64,000 nt of DNA from Monocercomonoides exilis PA203 (GCA_001643675.2 LSRY02000002.1:1798001-1862000), one strand, 5' to 3'. Counted from the first letter of the stretch, positions 11,503 through 25,093 are shown. Program-made: numbers and translations. The notes: generated by a model from the letters alone, not told the origin.

Positions 11503-14500
11503 TTAGCTTTTTCTTGCTAGCTTTTCATTCGCCCTTACTGTTCTTTGATGAAGCAGCTGATCAGTAAATGCGTTCTGCCAACCAACTGCTCTGCACACCT
11601 CTTCCAACACCAAGAGCGCTTTCTCTTTATCGTTTAACGTCCCTTTCGCCTGCTCCTCCTTTGAGAGCTCACCCACAGTCACATTCTTCACAGACTCGAT
11701 TGTCTTCATCAGAAGCCCCACTGATGACAGTGGCTGTGCTGCAGCTGCTGCAATCACATCTTCTTCTGTCTGCTCCTGCGCTGTGCTGCTGCCAAATGAC
11801 GGGGAAGCAGGGTCCTTTTGCTCTGCACATCCCATCGCATCCACAGAAAACACGATTCCCTCTGCAAGCACATGCAGATTGTTCTCAAACCCGCCCATCG
11901 CATCGATCCAGGAGCTCTGCACATCTCCTTTCTTGATGCTGAACAGGCACAGCGTCAGCGCCTGGGGCAGCAGCTTGCAAACCTCCCTCTGCGCATCGTT
12001 CGCTTTCTGTGCATCATCTGTGCTGCCGATGTGCGAGACGTATGCAAAGAACGGGGCATCTCCTCTTCTTCTCCTGCCGAGGAGTGGGGCAGACGAGGTC
12101 GAGCAAAGCGAGGCAGGCAAGATGTGTGCTGCTGTCGGTGCAAGTGAGCGCACAAACGTGTCTGTGTCTGCAGACGTGGGCGGAAGCGCATACATGTCAC
12201 ACACTGAAGAGAGGGTGCTGTGTGGATGCAGCTCCTGCGATGTCTGTGAGGCAGCAATCGATCTCAAAGTGGATGCTGTCACTGGGTGCTGTGTAACAAA
12301 CGCAAAATGCACCCCTTTTCTCAGCTGCTCCACCAGACACACACCACTCCCTGCACTCAAAAGAGGAGCCAAGCACTCTGCTTTCTCTTTTCCTTTCAGC
12401 TGTTTGAGTGACGTTTCGCATTTCTCTGATAGTTCTGCTGTGTTCTTTGCGCTGTCAATAGAATCAAGAAGCGCCTTCTGGTCTTTAACAAACTGCCCAA
12501 TGTGCCCAACACACCTGGCAAGATGCTCCCTCTCAATAGACGATGCAATGTACTCTGTTCCCAGCGGTCCAAGAAGCATGCCCACAAATTGGAGCTCTCT
12601 CCCACTCGCTATCTGCTCAATGCGCTTGGCTATTTGATAGTTTGCTGTGGCTGACGAAGAGGCTGAGCCAGAGGCCGTTGGCCCTTTGACTGCTGCTGCA
12701 AGCACAGGCATCGGGATGAACCCTCCTTCCACGCGAGAGAAGACAACAGGTGCTTCTGAATTCAGCAGAATTTCTCGGCAGAGTGTGTCGCAGTAGAAAC
12801 GAGAGTACAGCTCTGTCAGGTATCCGCGGGCAGGCAAAAGAACAGAGTTCTCCAGAATATGCGCTTTTGAGTGAGCAGAAGCAGAAGCAGAAGCAGCAAC
12901 AGCAGGAAGTGTGGATGAAGAGGCTGAATTCGCCACAAGAGACGACACGCTCCTCTGGTTAGAATCTCCTTCATCTCCTTCTGCGCTTTGGAACGCAGTT
13001 GCATCGACAGAAGGCATCGAACGTTCAGCGCCAAACAATCTGTGCATCCAGACAGAAACAGGCATCGAGCCATCGATCAGAAGCGACGCTGGCATTGGCG
13101 CAGTCGACGGCGGGTGGCAGAGATGGAGCAGCACACGCTGGGCAACAGCCACCACAGGAAGCAGAGGATAGCTGCTCTGAAGGAGGTGCTTCACGTTCTC
13201 GCAGCAGCAGCAGATCGAAGACAGGCACATTGATGGACTCACTGGCCATTCAGACTCCTGCAGCGAGCCACTTACTGATGCCCCTCCTTTCTCGCCTTTC
13301 TTTCCTTTTGCTTTGACATTGGAGGAGGCAGACGCTGAAGGCGGAGAAACAGGAGGATTCCACCATTCAGATGGCTTCACTGCCTCGATGGAGATCTGCT
13401 TCAGAATTGGCTCTTTGTCCTCCGCGGGTATAACCGACTTGCCTTTTCCTGAATCAGATTCTGGTGAAGGAGTGCTTGCCTGCATTGGCGTTGCTTCGCT
13501 TTCCTCTTCCGCAGACGATGTTCCATCGAATTCTTCCAGCAGCCTCTTGAGTTTGTTTGGCGCTTGTGGGTCGAACACAGCAAATCTCGGGAGCGACGCA
13601 TAATAAGGACAATCCGCAGCCAGTTTTGTGATCAGTGCAGAAGAATTGCCGTAGTTGAATGGCTGAGCATTATCTGAGCTGGCGCAGTGAGCAAAGTAAG
13701 CACAAAGAAAGCGACTGAGCACATTTGAGAGATATCCAGTAATGTCGATATCGCCTGAGGGAAGATGGACCACTCCATCAGGATCGGCTGCTCTGCCAAG
13801 AGATGTTGGATGCAATGGCAGGAATTCCTTTGGATTAGAAGAAGATGATGATGATGGAGACAATGATGATGATTGTGTATCAACACCATTTGCATTGGCT
13901 GGTGTTCCAGTCAGAGACAGCAGCGCCTTCAGAAGAGCAGACAGTTCAGCCTGCATCAGTCTGTCCTGTGACGCATCGTCTCTTTGGCTGAACACAGCTT
14001 CCACACCCAAAAAGCTGTCTTTCTCTCCCAAAGAGCGTTGGTGCATCTCTTTTTCTACTCTTTTCTGTGTAATTGTGACAATCAAGCACTCAGCCATGCG
14101 TACTCCTGCAGAGATGAATGTCTTGAGCCAGCTCTGAGCATACTCGCGCCGCAGCGTCTCAGTGACGAGGGGCACAAGTGGATGGCTGTTGAACAGAAAT
14201 GTTGGCGAAGATATGAGAGTCGCCAGAGCAGATGAGGACACAGGAACACGGAGAATTGTGTTTGGCGTCTGGCACGGGATGCCTGAGAGTGATACAGAAG
14301 ACGGGGTAGCTGAGGCTGTAGAAGAGGAAGGAGAAAGCATCGGGGCTGAAAAACATTTGCAGAATATGCTGAAGAGTTTTGGGAGGTTGCCTTCTGCAAC
14401 AGCAGGCAGAGACAAATCAGACAAAAGATGAGCAAATAATTCTTCGTCTGCCAATTGGATGTGTCCAACTGCAGATGAGATAGCAGTATACAGCGGGGTG

Positions 14501-16379
14501 ATGGAGGCTGTTGAGGATGAGGAAACAGACGAGGCAGATAGCTGCTCGAGTGTTCGGAGTAATTCCAAACGAACAATAAACAAAGGAGACGGCGAAGAAT
14601 TAGATTTTTCTGATGAAGATGATTCCTCATCAGCAATCTTTTCTAAAAAGGCTCCTGCTTTGTGAATCGCAGAACATGCGCCTTTGATCTCTTCCAGATC
14701 TCCTCTTGCCTTTTTTGAGGCAGAAAGCAGAGCGCGAGCATCTGTTGTTGCAAGCACTTGTGTATAGAAAGTTTTCATGGATTCTGAATGCAACGACAGC
14801 AGCGAACTAAGTTGATGGATCACATCCACCAGATTGGCAACAGACGCTGGGTCGTCAAAATAGCATTCTTTTTCCTTCTTCCCCTTTCGCGAAAAGAGCC
14901 TTCCGTGCAGGCCCAGTGCGCGCTGGCACTCGAAGACAGAAAGAGAGAGCAGAGCGAGGCAGCTCTGGACTGCAACAGCCGACAGCACTTTCCCTTCCTC
15001 TGCGACGGTGTCGAGCAGTCTGCGCCCAGTGGTTATCAGCAGCGCCCGCCGCTGTGCCATCACGCCTGGCAGCGTTGCCACAGCAGCGTCGCCTGCTTTC
15101 TGGGGCATGTCCTTGTCGATGCTGAGGCCTTTCACCTTCAGTCCAGAGAGTGCACAGTCAAACAGCAGAGCGACGCTGATGGTCTCTCCTCCGAATAATG
15201 GAAGCACAAGCTGTGTCTTCACTAGCTGCTCCATCAAATGCAACCGCTTCTGTGAAGTAATCAATGAAGGGCATGCACTCAGTGCATACACTGCAAATTT
15301 CACTGAAGAAGAATAGCTCTGAAGCTGAGTTAATCCAGGCTGTTCAAAAGGCTCCATCCCCTCGAAATTTCGCTCAGGCATCAATTCAGCTTCTTCCGCA
15401 TCGTCAATAACTTTCGTTCCTTCTTCGCTTTCAGATTTCTCTGAAAACCCTTTTAAACTGGGTAACAGATCAAATCCGTCACATAATGATATTGGTCCTT
15501 TCCAGCTCAAATTTTTCAACTGATTGCCCATGTTGATGTTTTCTTCAATATTCGTGAGTGTAAGCTCAAAAACGGATTTCAATTCCTTAATCTCATCAAC
15601 GATGCAAGAGCAGGGATCCATTTGTTGAAATCGTTTGAAAAACTTTTTTACACTTTATTTCACAAAAGAAAAAAAGTTGTAATAAAAAAAGTTATTTCAC
15701 AATCAAATTGTATTAATTAAAAAAATACACGCAAAGGCAAACATATCATCTTTTTCAGTAGATTCCTTGTTAATAGCTTTGCAGCACGCATAATAAGAAC
15801 CGACAATTTGCTTGAATTCTGCAAACTTTGCCAGACATATATGTATTTCAACAAAATTGATAAACCCTCTAGTAAATAATTTTATTAATTCGTTATTCTT
15901 TTAAAGTCATTGGGCAAAAAAAAAAAAGCTACAAAAAGTTTATCAAGTACAAATAATGAAACCTTATCATCTGTTAATAATTTACCAAATTCCATGAGGA
16001 TGCTTGAATATGCATTTCTAATTTCGACAAATGATGCAGCAAGATCAGCAAAAGGTGATAAAGCAGATAAAACGTCTTCTTGTTTTATCTTTGATTTTGC
16101 AAGATTTGAAATCTTCAAAAAAAACAACAAATGCACATTTGATATTTCATTGCAATTCAAAGCTATAATCATTTAAATAAATCAGCTTTGGCATGCCTTA
16201 CTAGAATCAGCATCGAATTCTGAAGAATTTGTAAGTGGCCAACATTTCTTCAATTTCATGGAATTGATGATTTGCGGTTGCAACTTTTCAGTTTTATAAT
16301 GAATGGAATACAAATGCAACTGATTCAGTAAAGCACATGAATGCTCTTCTAAAATTATAAGTCTGTCTATTAATGACAT
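11503..16379 (-). CDS. NCKAP1: Nck-associated protein 1 (Nap1/Hem), SCAR/WAVE complex subunit; exons approx. 16379-16197, 16112-15963, 15897-15731, 15652-11503
   Basis: N-terminus LIDRLIILEEHS resembles LAEKLTILNDRG. Exon 3 NNELIKLFTRGFINFVEIHICLAKFAEFKQIVGSY aligns with NFDLTKNYLDLIITY..IIGLY. RELQFVGMLLGPLG resembles ELRALAELLGPYG, and GGFENNLHVLAEGI resembles NNIHCLAKAI. Intron phases are consistent. Confidence 0.8.
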
Positions 16380-16862
16380 TTTAATGAAGGTACAATCTGA
16401 TCTGATTTCGTAAAAGAAAATTAAATTACCATTTTTTTTCTTAGTTGTTATAAATATAAAATAAGAATACGTAAATTAGCAAGTATGTTTTGATTGTGGA
16501 ATTATGAAGACAACTGATTTCATCGAAAAAAACCAACACAGAAAAACAAGCGCAGTTTTCAAAAATGCTTCACCAAAAATTCAATAAGAATGAGCCAAAA
16601 ATGAAAAAGAGTAAAAAAAATCAATATGCATATTATTAAATAAGATTTATTACATATTATCTTATTTCAATATACTAAATAAAAAAAGGAAGAAAATTCA
16701 TCACATAAAAACTGTAAATTATCTCATATTCTGGAAATGTCTTTAAATGTTTAATTACTGAACAATATGAAATATCCTCTAAATTCATTGTCATAATTGA
16801 AAATTTGATATAGGCAAATGTGAATCTTTAAAGAAAAAGGAAAAAAAATAAAAAAGAATTGG

Positions 16863-18130
16863 ATGAATGAAAAGCTAATTTTCTATATTCAGAGCATCAA
16901 ACAAAACGGAGTGAATTCCAGAAAACTTTTCGTATTTTCTTTTTCAAAATCATCGCCCAATATTTACTTTGTTATATGATTGAAGAATTAAAGAATGAGG
17001 TATATTTTTGTTAGCTCGAGTAACAATAATATTAATGACTTTTTGATTTTTTGCTTTATTTTAATGTATATGGACTTTCTATTAAAGGACGGAGAACTCG
17101 CTGGGAATCTCGAAAAGGAAATTAAAGAAGTGGAAAATGAAATTGAAATGCTTGAAAAAATAAGAGAGGATAATAAAAGCAAACACAAAAAAGAAATGGA
17201 GGATGCTTTTCGAAAACAAGAAGATTTACAAGTATTTTTTCTTTTTATTCAAACTAATTAAGTTTGCGAATTCAGGAAGAAATAGACCGTTTTGAAGCTA
17301 ATTTTCTTGAAGAATACTCTCGAAAATTAAAAGATCTGCAAGATGCAAATGAAAAAATAGAAGAACTACGAAAGAAAGTTGAAGGAGAAGAAAAAGAAGT
17401 TAATGATTTGAAAGAAAAGCAAAAAAAAGAATCAGAAGAATTAGCATCATCTTCTCTTTTAAAATCACATTCAAATTCATCAAATTTTAATGCATTGCTT
17501 CCTTCAATCGATGATGCAGCAGATTATTTAGAAAAAGAAAATGCTGATCTTCGCATCCAACATGAAAATGCAAGACAGGAAATAGAGGATTTTATAGAAG
17601 AACGAAAAGGAACAGAATTAAGAGTAATCAATGTATTACAAGCACAAGAACAACTTGATTTGGAAAGAAGATCACTTTTGAAGCAATTGAACGAAATGGC
17701 AATTTCAAAATCAAAGGAAATTTCGCAGATAGAAAAAGAAATTGAAGAACTTAACATGAAAATAAAAGGTGAGAGAGAAAAATTACATGAAACAGAAAAA
17801 GAGATTGTAGAAGCACAAGATGAAAGAGATCATATGTCTTCTGATACAATGCGTATAAGTAGCAATCTTTTTGAAGAAATGAGAAAAAAAGATCTAGAAA
17901 ACAAGAAGGAAAAAGAGCAAATGAAAGACATATCAAGAAAACTCGAAAACTTACGTCTTGCAAAGGATGGACTTATGATTGGTGTAAAAACAGAATTGGA
18001 AGATCTTCAAAAGCAAATGAGTGAGCAAATGCAACTTATTTTACAATTATGTGTTAAAAGAGAGATTATCATTACAGCCGAAAAAGAAGAGAAAAAAATG
18101 AAAAGTACCTTCAAAGCAAAGCAAAATTAA
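16863..18130 (+). CDS. Coiled-coil protein of unknown function, multi-exon; 5' end uncertain
   Basis: E/K/L heptad-rich ORFs 16995-17261 and 17264-18130 joined by phase-0 intron 17232-17275 (CAA|gtattt...ttcag|GAA). Further upstream exons are likely. Confidence 0.6.
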
Positions 18131-18332
18131 CATTTTTACAATCAAAATAAAATTAAAAAGAGATTTTTGTTTGAAAGCAAAGGTTTGTTGAATATTTATT
18201 TTTTCACAGAAACTTGGAAATTCAATTTCATTTTAAGTTAGATGTTTGATGAAAATAAACTTAATCCAATCAAAATCAAGTTAGAAAATATTAATTATTA
18301 ACTTAAGATTTCATAAAAAAAATAAAAACAAC

Positions 18333-18404
18333 GGGCTGCTGGGGGAATTGAACCCCCGACCTCTTGCACCCGAAGCAAGAATCATACCACTAGACTAAGC
18401 AGCC
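18333..18404 (-). tRNA. tRNA-Pro (anticodon CGG)
   Basis: GGCTGCTTAGTCTAGTGGTATGATTCTTGCTTCGGGTGCAAGAGGTCGGGGGTTCAATTCCCCCAGCAGCCC folds as a cloverleaf; a T-run Pol III terminator follows. Confidence 0.95.
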
Positions 18405-18828
18405 AACTTGGGAAAAAACCTGAAATTTTTTCAGATAAATATCTAATATATACAAATTTTTTTTTCAAAATCATTCTGCATTTTTTGGAGATTGTAAAAA
18501 AAAAGATATGGATAATCAAAAAATTCTTTCAAAAGTTTAGCAATTAGCGCTAAACTTTTTCTTCAAATTCAACAACAAAAATATTGTTTTTTCAATCCAG
18601 AATATATTTAATAATTAATAAATCGCAAAAAAAAATTCAAAATATAAAATGGAGGAACAGAATTGTGAAGATTTCAAATTCTATTGAACTTCTTTTTAAA
18701 TAAAATTTTTATTCTTTAACCAATCTTTTCGTGGAATGAATAGAAATTTCATTTAAAAAATTTTTTCCGATTCTGATTGATTAAAATAATTTTCTTTGAT
18801 ATCATTCCATCTTTGTAAAATAATATTT

Positions 18829-19082
18829 GGGTGATTATTTTTCAAAACACATTTTTTTCATTATCATTTTCGATTCGAAAATTTTCTTTGAAAATCAGTG
18901 AATGAACATTGAAAAGTGAACAAACATATTCAACAGTTCATCATCATCAATTCGGCTCATTCATTTGTTTTTGAAACAGTTTAGATGAATTAAGCTTTTG
19001 AAATAAAAATCTTTTAACTATGAAAACAACTTTTGAAAAACCAACACACCAAAAAAAGTTATGATTTCAAAAATAATTACCC
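18829..19082. mobile_element. MITE, GGG..CCC/ATAT family
   Basis: Ends GGGTGATTATTTTT..A and TTTCAAAAATAATTACCC followed by ATAT; internally similar to 25094-25350. Confidence 0.75.
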
Positions 19083-19847
19083 ATATGGGTCATTCTTTTT
19101 GAAAAGTCGCAATCGTTTAACTGATCTGAAAATTTGATCTCAATTGATCAAAAAATGTTGATCATTCCGTTCCCATCATATATTGCTGAATATTATTCTT
19201 TTCAGTTTTGTCATTCTATCACCGAATATTGCGTTTCAATAAAACAGATTTCATATATTATTTTCACTGCTAAATCATATAAATGAAATTAAAAATTTTT
19301 TTTCTTGTTTTTTGGAGCAACTGAATAATTTGTTCATATTTCTTTGTTTTCATTTCAATTGTTAGAATAAACGTTTTGAATTTCTGAATGTGGACTTCTT
19401 TTTAAATATTTTCCTATGCAGAAAGACTAATAGAATTAGATTGCTTTTATTCGAGTATTTTTTGTTAGAAATTATTTAACAGGAAAAATATTTCGAAACT
19501 GAGCTGATTGTAATTAAAAGAAATTCAATAGGCTGTTAATATTGAGCTGTTTTTAATGTTATAATACATAAATGAAGAATATCATATAATTTCTCAAAAA
19601 TTCATGTCCTTTTATAAAAAATATTTAAAATAGATATGACATCTCAAGTTTTGAATCATATCAATAATCATATCTTAAATAGCTTTCAACTTTTCATTTT
19701 CTTTTATGCTCATCTTTTTCTTCTCATTTCCAATCCTTTCCAAAAGAAATTCTGTTCAAACTATTCCATCAAATCAAAAAAGATGTAATTTCGGTGATGA
19801 TTGAAGTTTCTGAATTGAACATGGATTAAATGTTTGCTTCATAGAAG

Positions 19848-22311
19848 GTGTTGCAATTTTGTCTGATGAGTTGTCTCAAAAAGCCTTTTGTGGGAGGTGC
19901 AACGATGCAGTTGCCTCATCGCTCGGTGCTTTTGTCATCTTTGTCTTCTTCGACTGTAGCAGCACTCCAGTCAGTTTCTCCATCCTGGAGAAGGAGAAAC
20001 AAGGAGAAGAAGGCTGCAGGAGATGATAAATCATCTTCATCTTTGCCTTCGTCATCAGCGCCTGCGGTTGATCCTTCGGATGAATCGTCTATGGCTGCAT
20101 CTCACATTAAACACATAAAACTGCACCACAACGTAAGGTGGCTGAGGATTGACGTGCCTAAGGCAGCTGGGTTGTTGTCGCTTCCATTGTTGCAATCACT
20201 TCAATCGCTTCAATCGCTGCTACTTGCACTCTAAGTTTTCAATGATGGCTTGTTGTGCTCTGCTTTACAGAACGTGCTGTATCCGTTCAATGTGAAATGT
20301 TTTTCATTCAACTTGTGGCTTTGCTCACGTTTCTTGATGACTTGCTGAGAAAGAAGTCGTTGAAGAAGCCGATATTAACAGTAGTTGATGTGGATGATTT
20401 TCTGTTTATCTGCAATCAGCCTGATCCATCACTGGCTTCATTGTCCATTGAATAGCTGGCGAACAGAAAGAAGCAGTCGAGGCATTAGGAGTGATGAAGC
20501 TGGACAACAAAACGAGGAGGCGAATGGTTGCAGTGAATGAAGTGGGAGAGATTGTGGAGAATGCGCTGGAGGCTGTGGGGCAGTGGGGCTGATGATGGAA
20601 GATGTGGTTCAGTCGCCTGCAGCGATTGCGCTGCATCTGCCGGAAGAAGAAGAAGAAGAAGTGGGAATAGGAAAAGGAGAAAATGAGGAAGAAGGAAAAT
20701 GGTGAGAGAAGGAGGCGAAGTGGATGAGCGGGCTGGCAGAGCAGCTTCAGGAGAAGGACAACGCAGAGGTGAAGGAGTTGAAGGAGCTGCAAGAGCAGCT
20801 GGTGGCGATGAAGGAGAAGAATGAACTTTTGGATGTGGTGATTATGAAGGAAAAGTCTAGGACGTGGCATGACTAAGTTGTGAGTGTGGACAGCGCTGGT
20901 AAGCTGCTGAGGTCGGGATTGAAGCTTGTCACGTCTTCTTCGTCGGTTTCTGTGTGTGGCGGGATGGCTCCGTCTTCAGATTAGTTGATCTTGCCTTCGG
21001 GGCTGCGTGAAAAGCATCACGAGAAGTTTTCCTCGATTATCGGAGATGGCAGCACTGTGATGCTTGGACCGAATCCAAGTTTGAAGGAGCTTTCTGTGAA
21101 AGTGGAGAGTCTGGCAAGTGTAGCGAGAAAGGTTTAAAGAGCTGATGGAGGAGGAGACTGATGTGAAGGAACAAAGTCAGAGACAAGCTAGGGGTTGGAG
21201 AAGAACAGTGCTGTGGCCAGTGATGGTGGTGAATGTGGAGGAGGAGTGGGTGAAACTGCAAGACAGAAGAATAGCAAAATGGAGAAGGAATTGAAGACAC
21301 TGATTGCATTGTCGAAATTGCAGAAGAAGATGATGAGCATGCAGAAGGCGCCGTTCAACGAGGTGATTGAAAAGCAGTAGATGTTGCTTGCGCAAAAGAA
21401 GCAGGAGAAGATGAATATTTTAGCTTCATATGAAGAGATTGCATTATAAATGTCTGGTTAAGTGAAGAAGCTGTAAGAGAATGTGGTACAAGAACACTTT
21501 GGATGGAGCAGGGAGGAAGGGAATAGGAGAAAGGGGCGAGAGAGATGGATGAAGGAAGGAGGAGGAAGAGGAACAGAAGCTAATGCGGAGAATACGAGGA
21601 ATCAGAGGAGGCGGAAAAGGCAGTTGAAAGATTTGCAAGCGTGCTGTATGGGATTCCGCTGTCGCCGCACAACAATCTGAAGAGAGAGCGGGATGATTGT
21701 ATGCATACTATCGTTCCAACAGTGGCAAAGAAAGGTGAAGGGAAGGCGACTGTTGTGCAGCGGATGTACATGCTTCTTGAGCAGACGACAGACAGCAGAG
21801 ACAGTGAAGAGTCGGAATGGCCTGTGACTTCGCCTGGTGGATCGGGGGCAGGGCTGTCTAGCGCTGGCGACGTGCCTTTGCAGGCGTGGTCAACAGCGAG
21901 GGAGAGGCCGATGAGTGCAGTGTCGGGGTCGCTGGGGTAGGTGGCGTACGAAACGGCGCATGTGCTTCGTGTTCCACACTCGCGGCGGTGGTCCGTGCAG
22001 ATGGAGCGGCTGCTGACTCCGCTGAAGACGGGGCTGCAGCCGTCGCTGGTGTGGAAGCTGACGTAGATTCTGTAGATATTAGGATACAAGATCGCAACAG
22101 ACTAGGGTGGGTGTTGTCTCTTGCGGGCAGGGGCGGGTGCGGTGAGGCAGGGGTTTGGGGACTTTGTGGACATGTGGCTGGGGGAGAAGCAAGCGGTGCA
22201 GAAGAAGAGCGATGCGGTGCTGTGAGCAAGGATGCATGGGAAGAACTGTTCCGGAAGGACTTTTCAGAGATGGAACTGTTTAAGGAATTTGCGATGAAAA
22301 AGTTAACTTGA
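19848..22311 (+). pseudogene. Decayed fragment of an unidentified host gene
   Basis: Exon-like higher-GC composition and protein-like segments (e.g. EKELKTLIALSKLQKKMMSMQKAPFNEVIEKQ*) broken by many stops and frameshifts. Confidence 0.55.
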
Positions 22312-22345
22312 GGTGAATTGAAGTTTTCCTGCAAATTGACTGGTG

Positions 22346-24000
22346 TTAGAAGGGGTGAAGGAGAACAGATTCAAATGTCTGTTGGTTGTTTGATGGGACA
22401 CAATCTGAGAAAACGTATGCAGATACCTCTATGTTTGTGGTGTTTCTACTGAATAACTTTAGGGAAGAAGCAGCTTCCTTATATTTGCGATGAAGCTTAC
22501 CAGTTATAGCCTTTATTGCAGTCATTGAATTATGTGATTGTGAAGGCGCCAAGATGGTGTTGGTCAACTTGGAGTTTAAGTTTCATTTAGTATCGAAGGT
22601 GATGTGTGAATGGTTTGGGCTGAAGCAACATGCGTAGATTCTTCAGTCGGTGGAAGAGAAGAAAGAATAACGGTGGGCGTTGTTCCATATTGTGCGGCTG
22701 CTGGAAGGGATGGTGAGGCTGCAGCTGAGGAGGATGTGCAGTCGATGGTGGAGACAAAAGAAGGACAGATTGTGCTTGTGCAATTTAGTTAGAGATGTTG
22801 TTACACGAAAAATAGCATTGTAGATGGAGTAAAAGTCATATTTAACAATAATTCATCAACATCTGTTTCTTCATCGCTGTTGAAAACAAATACTGAATGG
22901 AAAGTGATGAAGATTACCAATGCGCTCCGATCATTTGGTGGATATTGGATGTGATCAACCATCAAATTATCAAAACAATATTTTCATCAGCGTTTTCACT
23001 CGTCGTAACCTTCTTCTTTTTCCCTCTATTCCTTCTTTTTGCAATGAAACTTGATCATTTTTAAAGAATTTGAGGGAAGAAGAAGGAGAAGAAGGAGAAG
23101 GAGAAGAAGAAGAAGAAGAAGAGGAGGAGGAGGAGGAGAGGAAGAGGAAGAGGAAGAAGAGGAAGAGACGCTAAAAGAACGGAAGCTATTTGTGAATTCC
23201 TTGAGCAATTCTTGAATGAGGAGCTTCCAATGGAAATTGATCCTGAAGTTGAATCATTTATTGAAAAAATACATCCATCATGCAATTTCACTCCATCTGT
23301 ATCAATTCCATTGAACACAACTTTTTTGTTCCGATCAATCTCAAATACATTTGCCATTGCCCTGATATTTTCCAGTCTCGCATTTGTAATATTTAATACA
23401 TCTCCATTTTGCAGAAATGAAGGTTTCTTGAATGAAAGTTTTGTAATTGAGCAGTTGTCAACATGAAGAATTCCATTTGCAATGCTCAGCAACGATGAGT
23501 TGAGAACAAGAGGTTGAATGCTGTTTGACTCACCAACTGATGAAAAATCAACAGATGAAAGAGATAGCTGGACGTTTGCTTCATGGATAATGGAATTTGC
23601 TGAATATGAAAAAAACCGACCAAAATTGAATTTCAATCTCTCTATCTAAACTTTCTCTGAGGTTGAGATAAGATTTCCCTCATTGATATTAATTGTTGGG
23701 TTATGATGGACTAGAGCAGCTGAGGAAGATTGCAATGAGCAGATGATCAAATCGTTTGCTTCTTATTTCCCAATAATAACCGTCTCCTTCGAGATCAACA
23801 GATGCGAATATGATGAAGGAATGATGTGTAACAATCCAACATCCATTGATTGATAAGGCATAATGAACTTTCAACATTTCTTGATGTTTGTGTGATAGTC
23901 TGCAACTGAAGACACAAATATCGTCTCGCTCTGATATTTCATCACCCTCAGAAGAAGATCTTCTTTCCTCACAAATGAGTCTGAAGCGCAGCCCCAAATA
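22346..24000 (-). pseudogene. Decayed fragment of a repetitive beta-helix-like (S/N/I-rich) surface-protein gene
   Basis: ORF pieces such as LSIANGILHVDNCSITKLSF..GSISIGSSSFKNCSRNS interrupted by stops and a GAA/GAG tract; family assignment is from recall. Confidence 0.5.
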
Positions 24001-25093
24001 ACCATTTCTTTCATGTCAGGCTCTCTGATAGTACTGCGAATTTGCCAAGCTAAAAAAAATGAATAATATTATTTGAATTATTAAAAAACCATTCAGAAAA
24101 AAACTTGAATGAAAACCTTTTGATATGTATGTTTTCCATCTTTGTCAAACTTGTGGGAGTAATCTACGCATAATTTCAAATTCCAGGCACATTCTGTGCA
24201 ATTAAAATTTTAAATCAGATAAGAATTTGATTTATCTACGAATCTCAAATTTGTGATGAAAGAAAATCGAAACACACCTTGTTCATTTCATTAATAAACA
24301 ATTGCAAAGTTGTTCAATCAAGTGAAACTCTTTTTCGTTGAAAAAATGAAATTTCAATTTTGATCAAAAAATTTGATACATAATTTTTTGAAAAAAAACA
24401 CATCTTCTTATTAAGAAGTTTGTTATGAGCCAACAAACATCGCTGTGAAATTAATAATTTGTCATTTGTATTATGGGAACGGAGAGTTGTTTATTAACTT
24501 TCATGGGACATTTTTTTGATCTGTGGCGACTTTTCAAAAAGAATTACCCATATGGGTGAAAATACGTTCTTTCAAGCTTTTTTTGCTCGAAGAAATAAAT
24601 TTTTGTTTCACCCAAAACTATGTAAAACTTCGTCAAATTCAAAAAATAAATTTGATTTTCACATCCCTGTGCAAACGTTATTGAAATAAAATAATTATAT
24701 ATTGAAACCTTAAACGAATTTCAAAAAATGAACCAATTTTGTTGAAATTTTTTGGTTTAAAAAATGAAATCTGAAGTGCAAAAATTTTCTATGAAAATGA
24801 CTGAAGTCAAATATTATGTCACATTTGTTCAGACCTTTTTATCACAAATTAAAAGAATCAAATTGAACTTTTTTTTCTTTATCCAACATTTATTAGAAGC
24901 AAAAAATATTTCCAAATTCTTATGAAAAGTTCAATTCGAATAAATTTCGGTTGAAAATGAAAATTGAATGTTTTTATCAAATTTCTGTTTCCACTCACGT
25001 AACTTCACAAAATTATGAATGATCGTATCATCAAGCATTTTTGAAATGCATGTGTAATTTGGTGAGTTGGAATGTAACTTTCATGATAAATAT

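Larger units (their letters stand above)
19087..24549. mobile_element. Candidate 5.46-kb non-autonomous TIR element carrying host-gene fragments (Pack-type)
   Basis: Left end GGGTCATTCTTTTTGAAAAGTCGC matches the reverse-complemented right end GGGTAATTCTTTTTGAAAAGTCGC at 23/24. Both ends share a subterminal TCCGTTCCCAT, and ATAT flanks both sides. Confidence 0.55.

Noticed and set aside
24554-24613. Mini-element GGGTGAAA...TTTCACCC
   Set aside because: Only an 8-bp inverted match and no ATAT on the right; true right end undefined.
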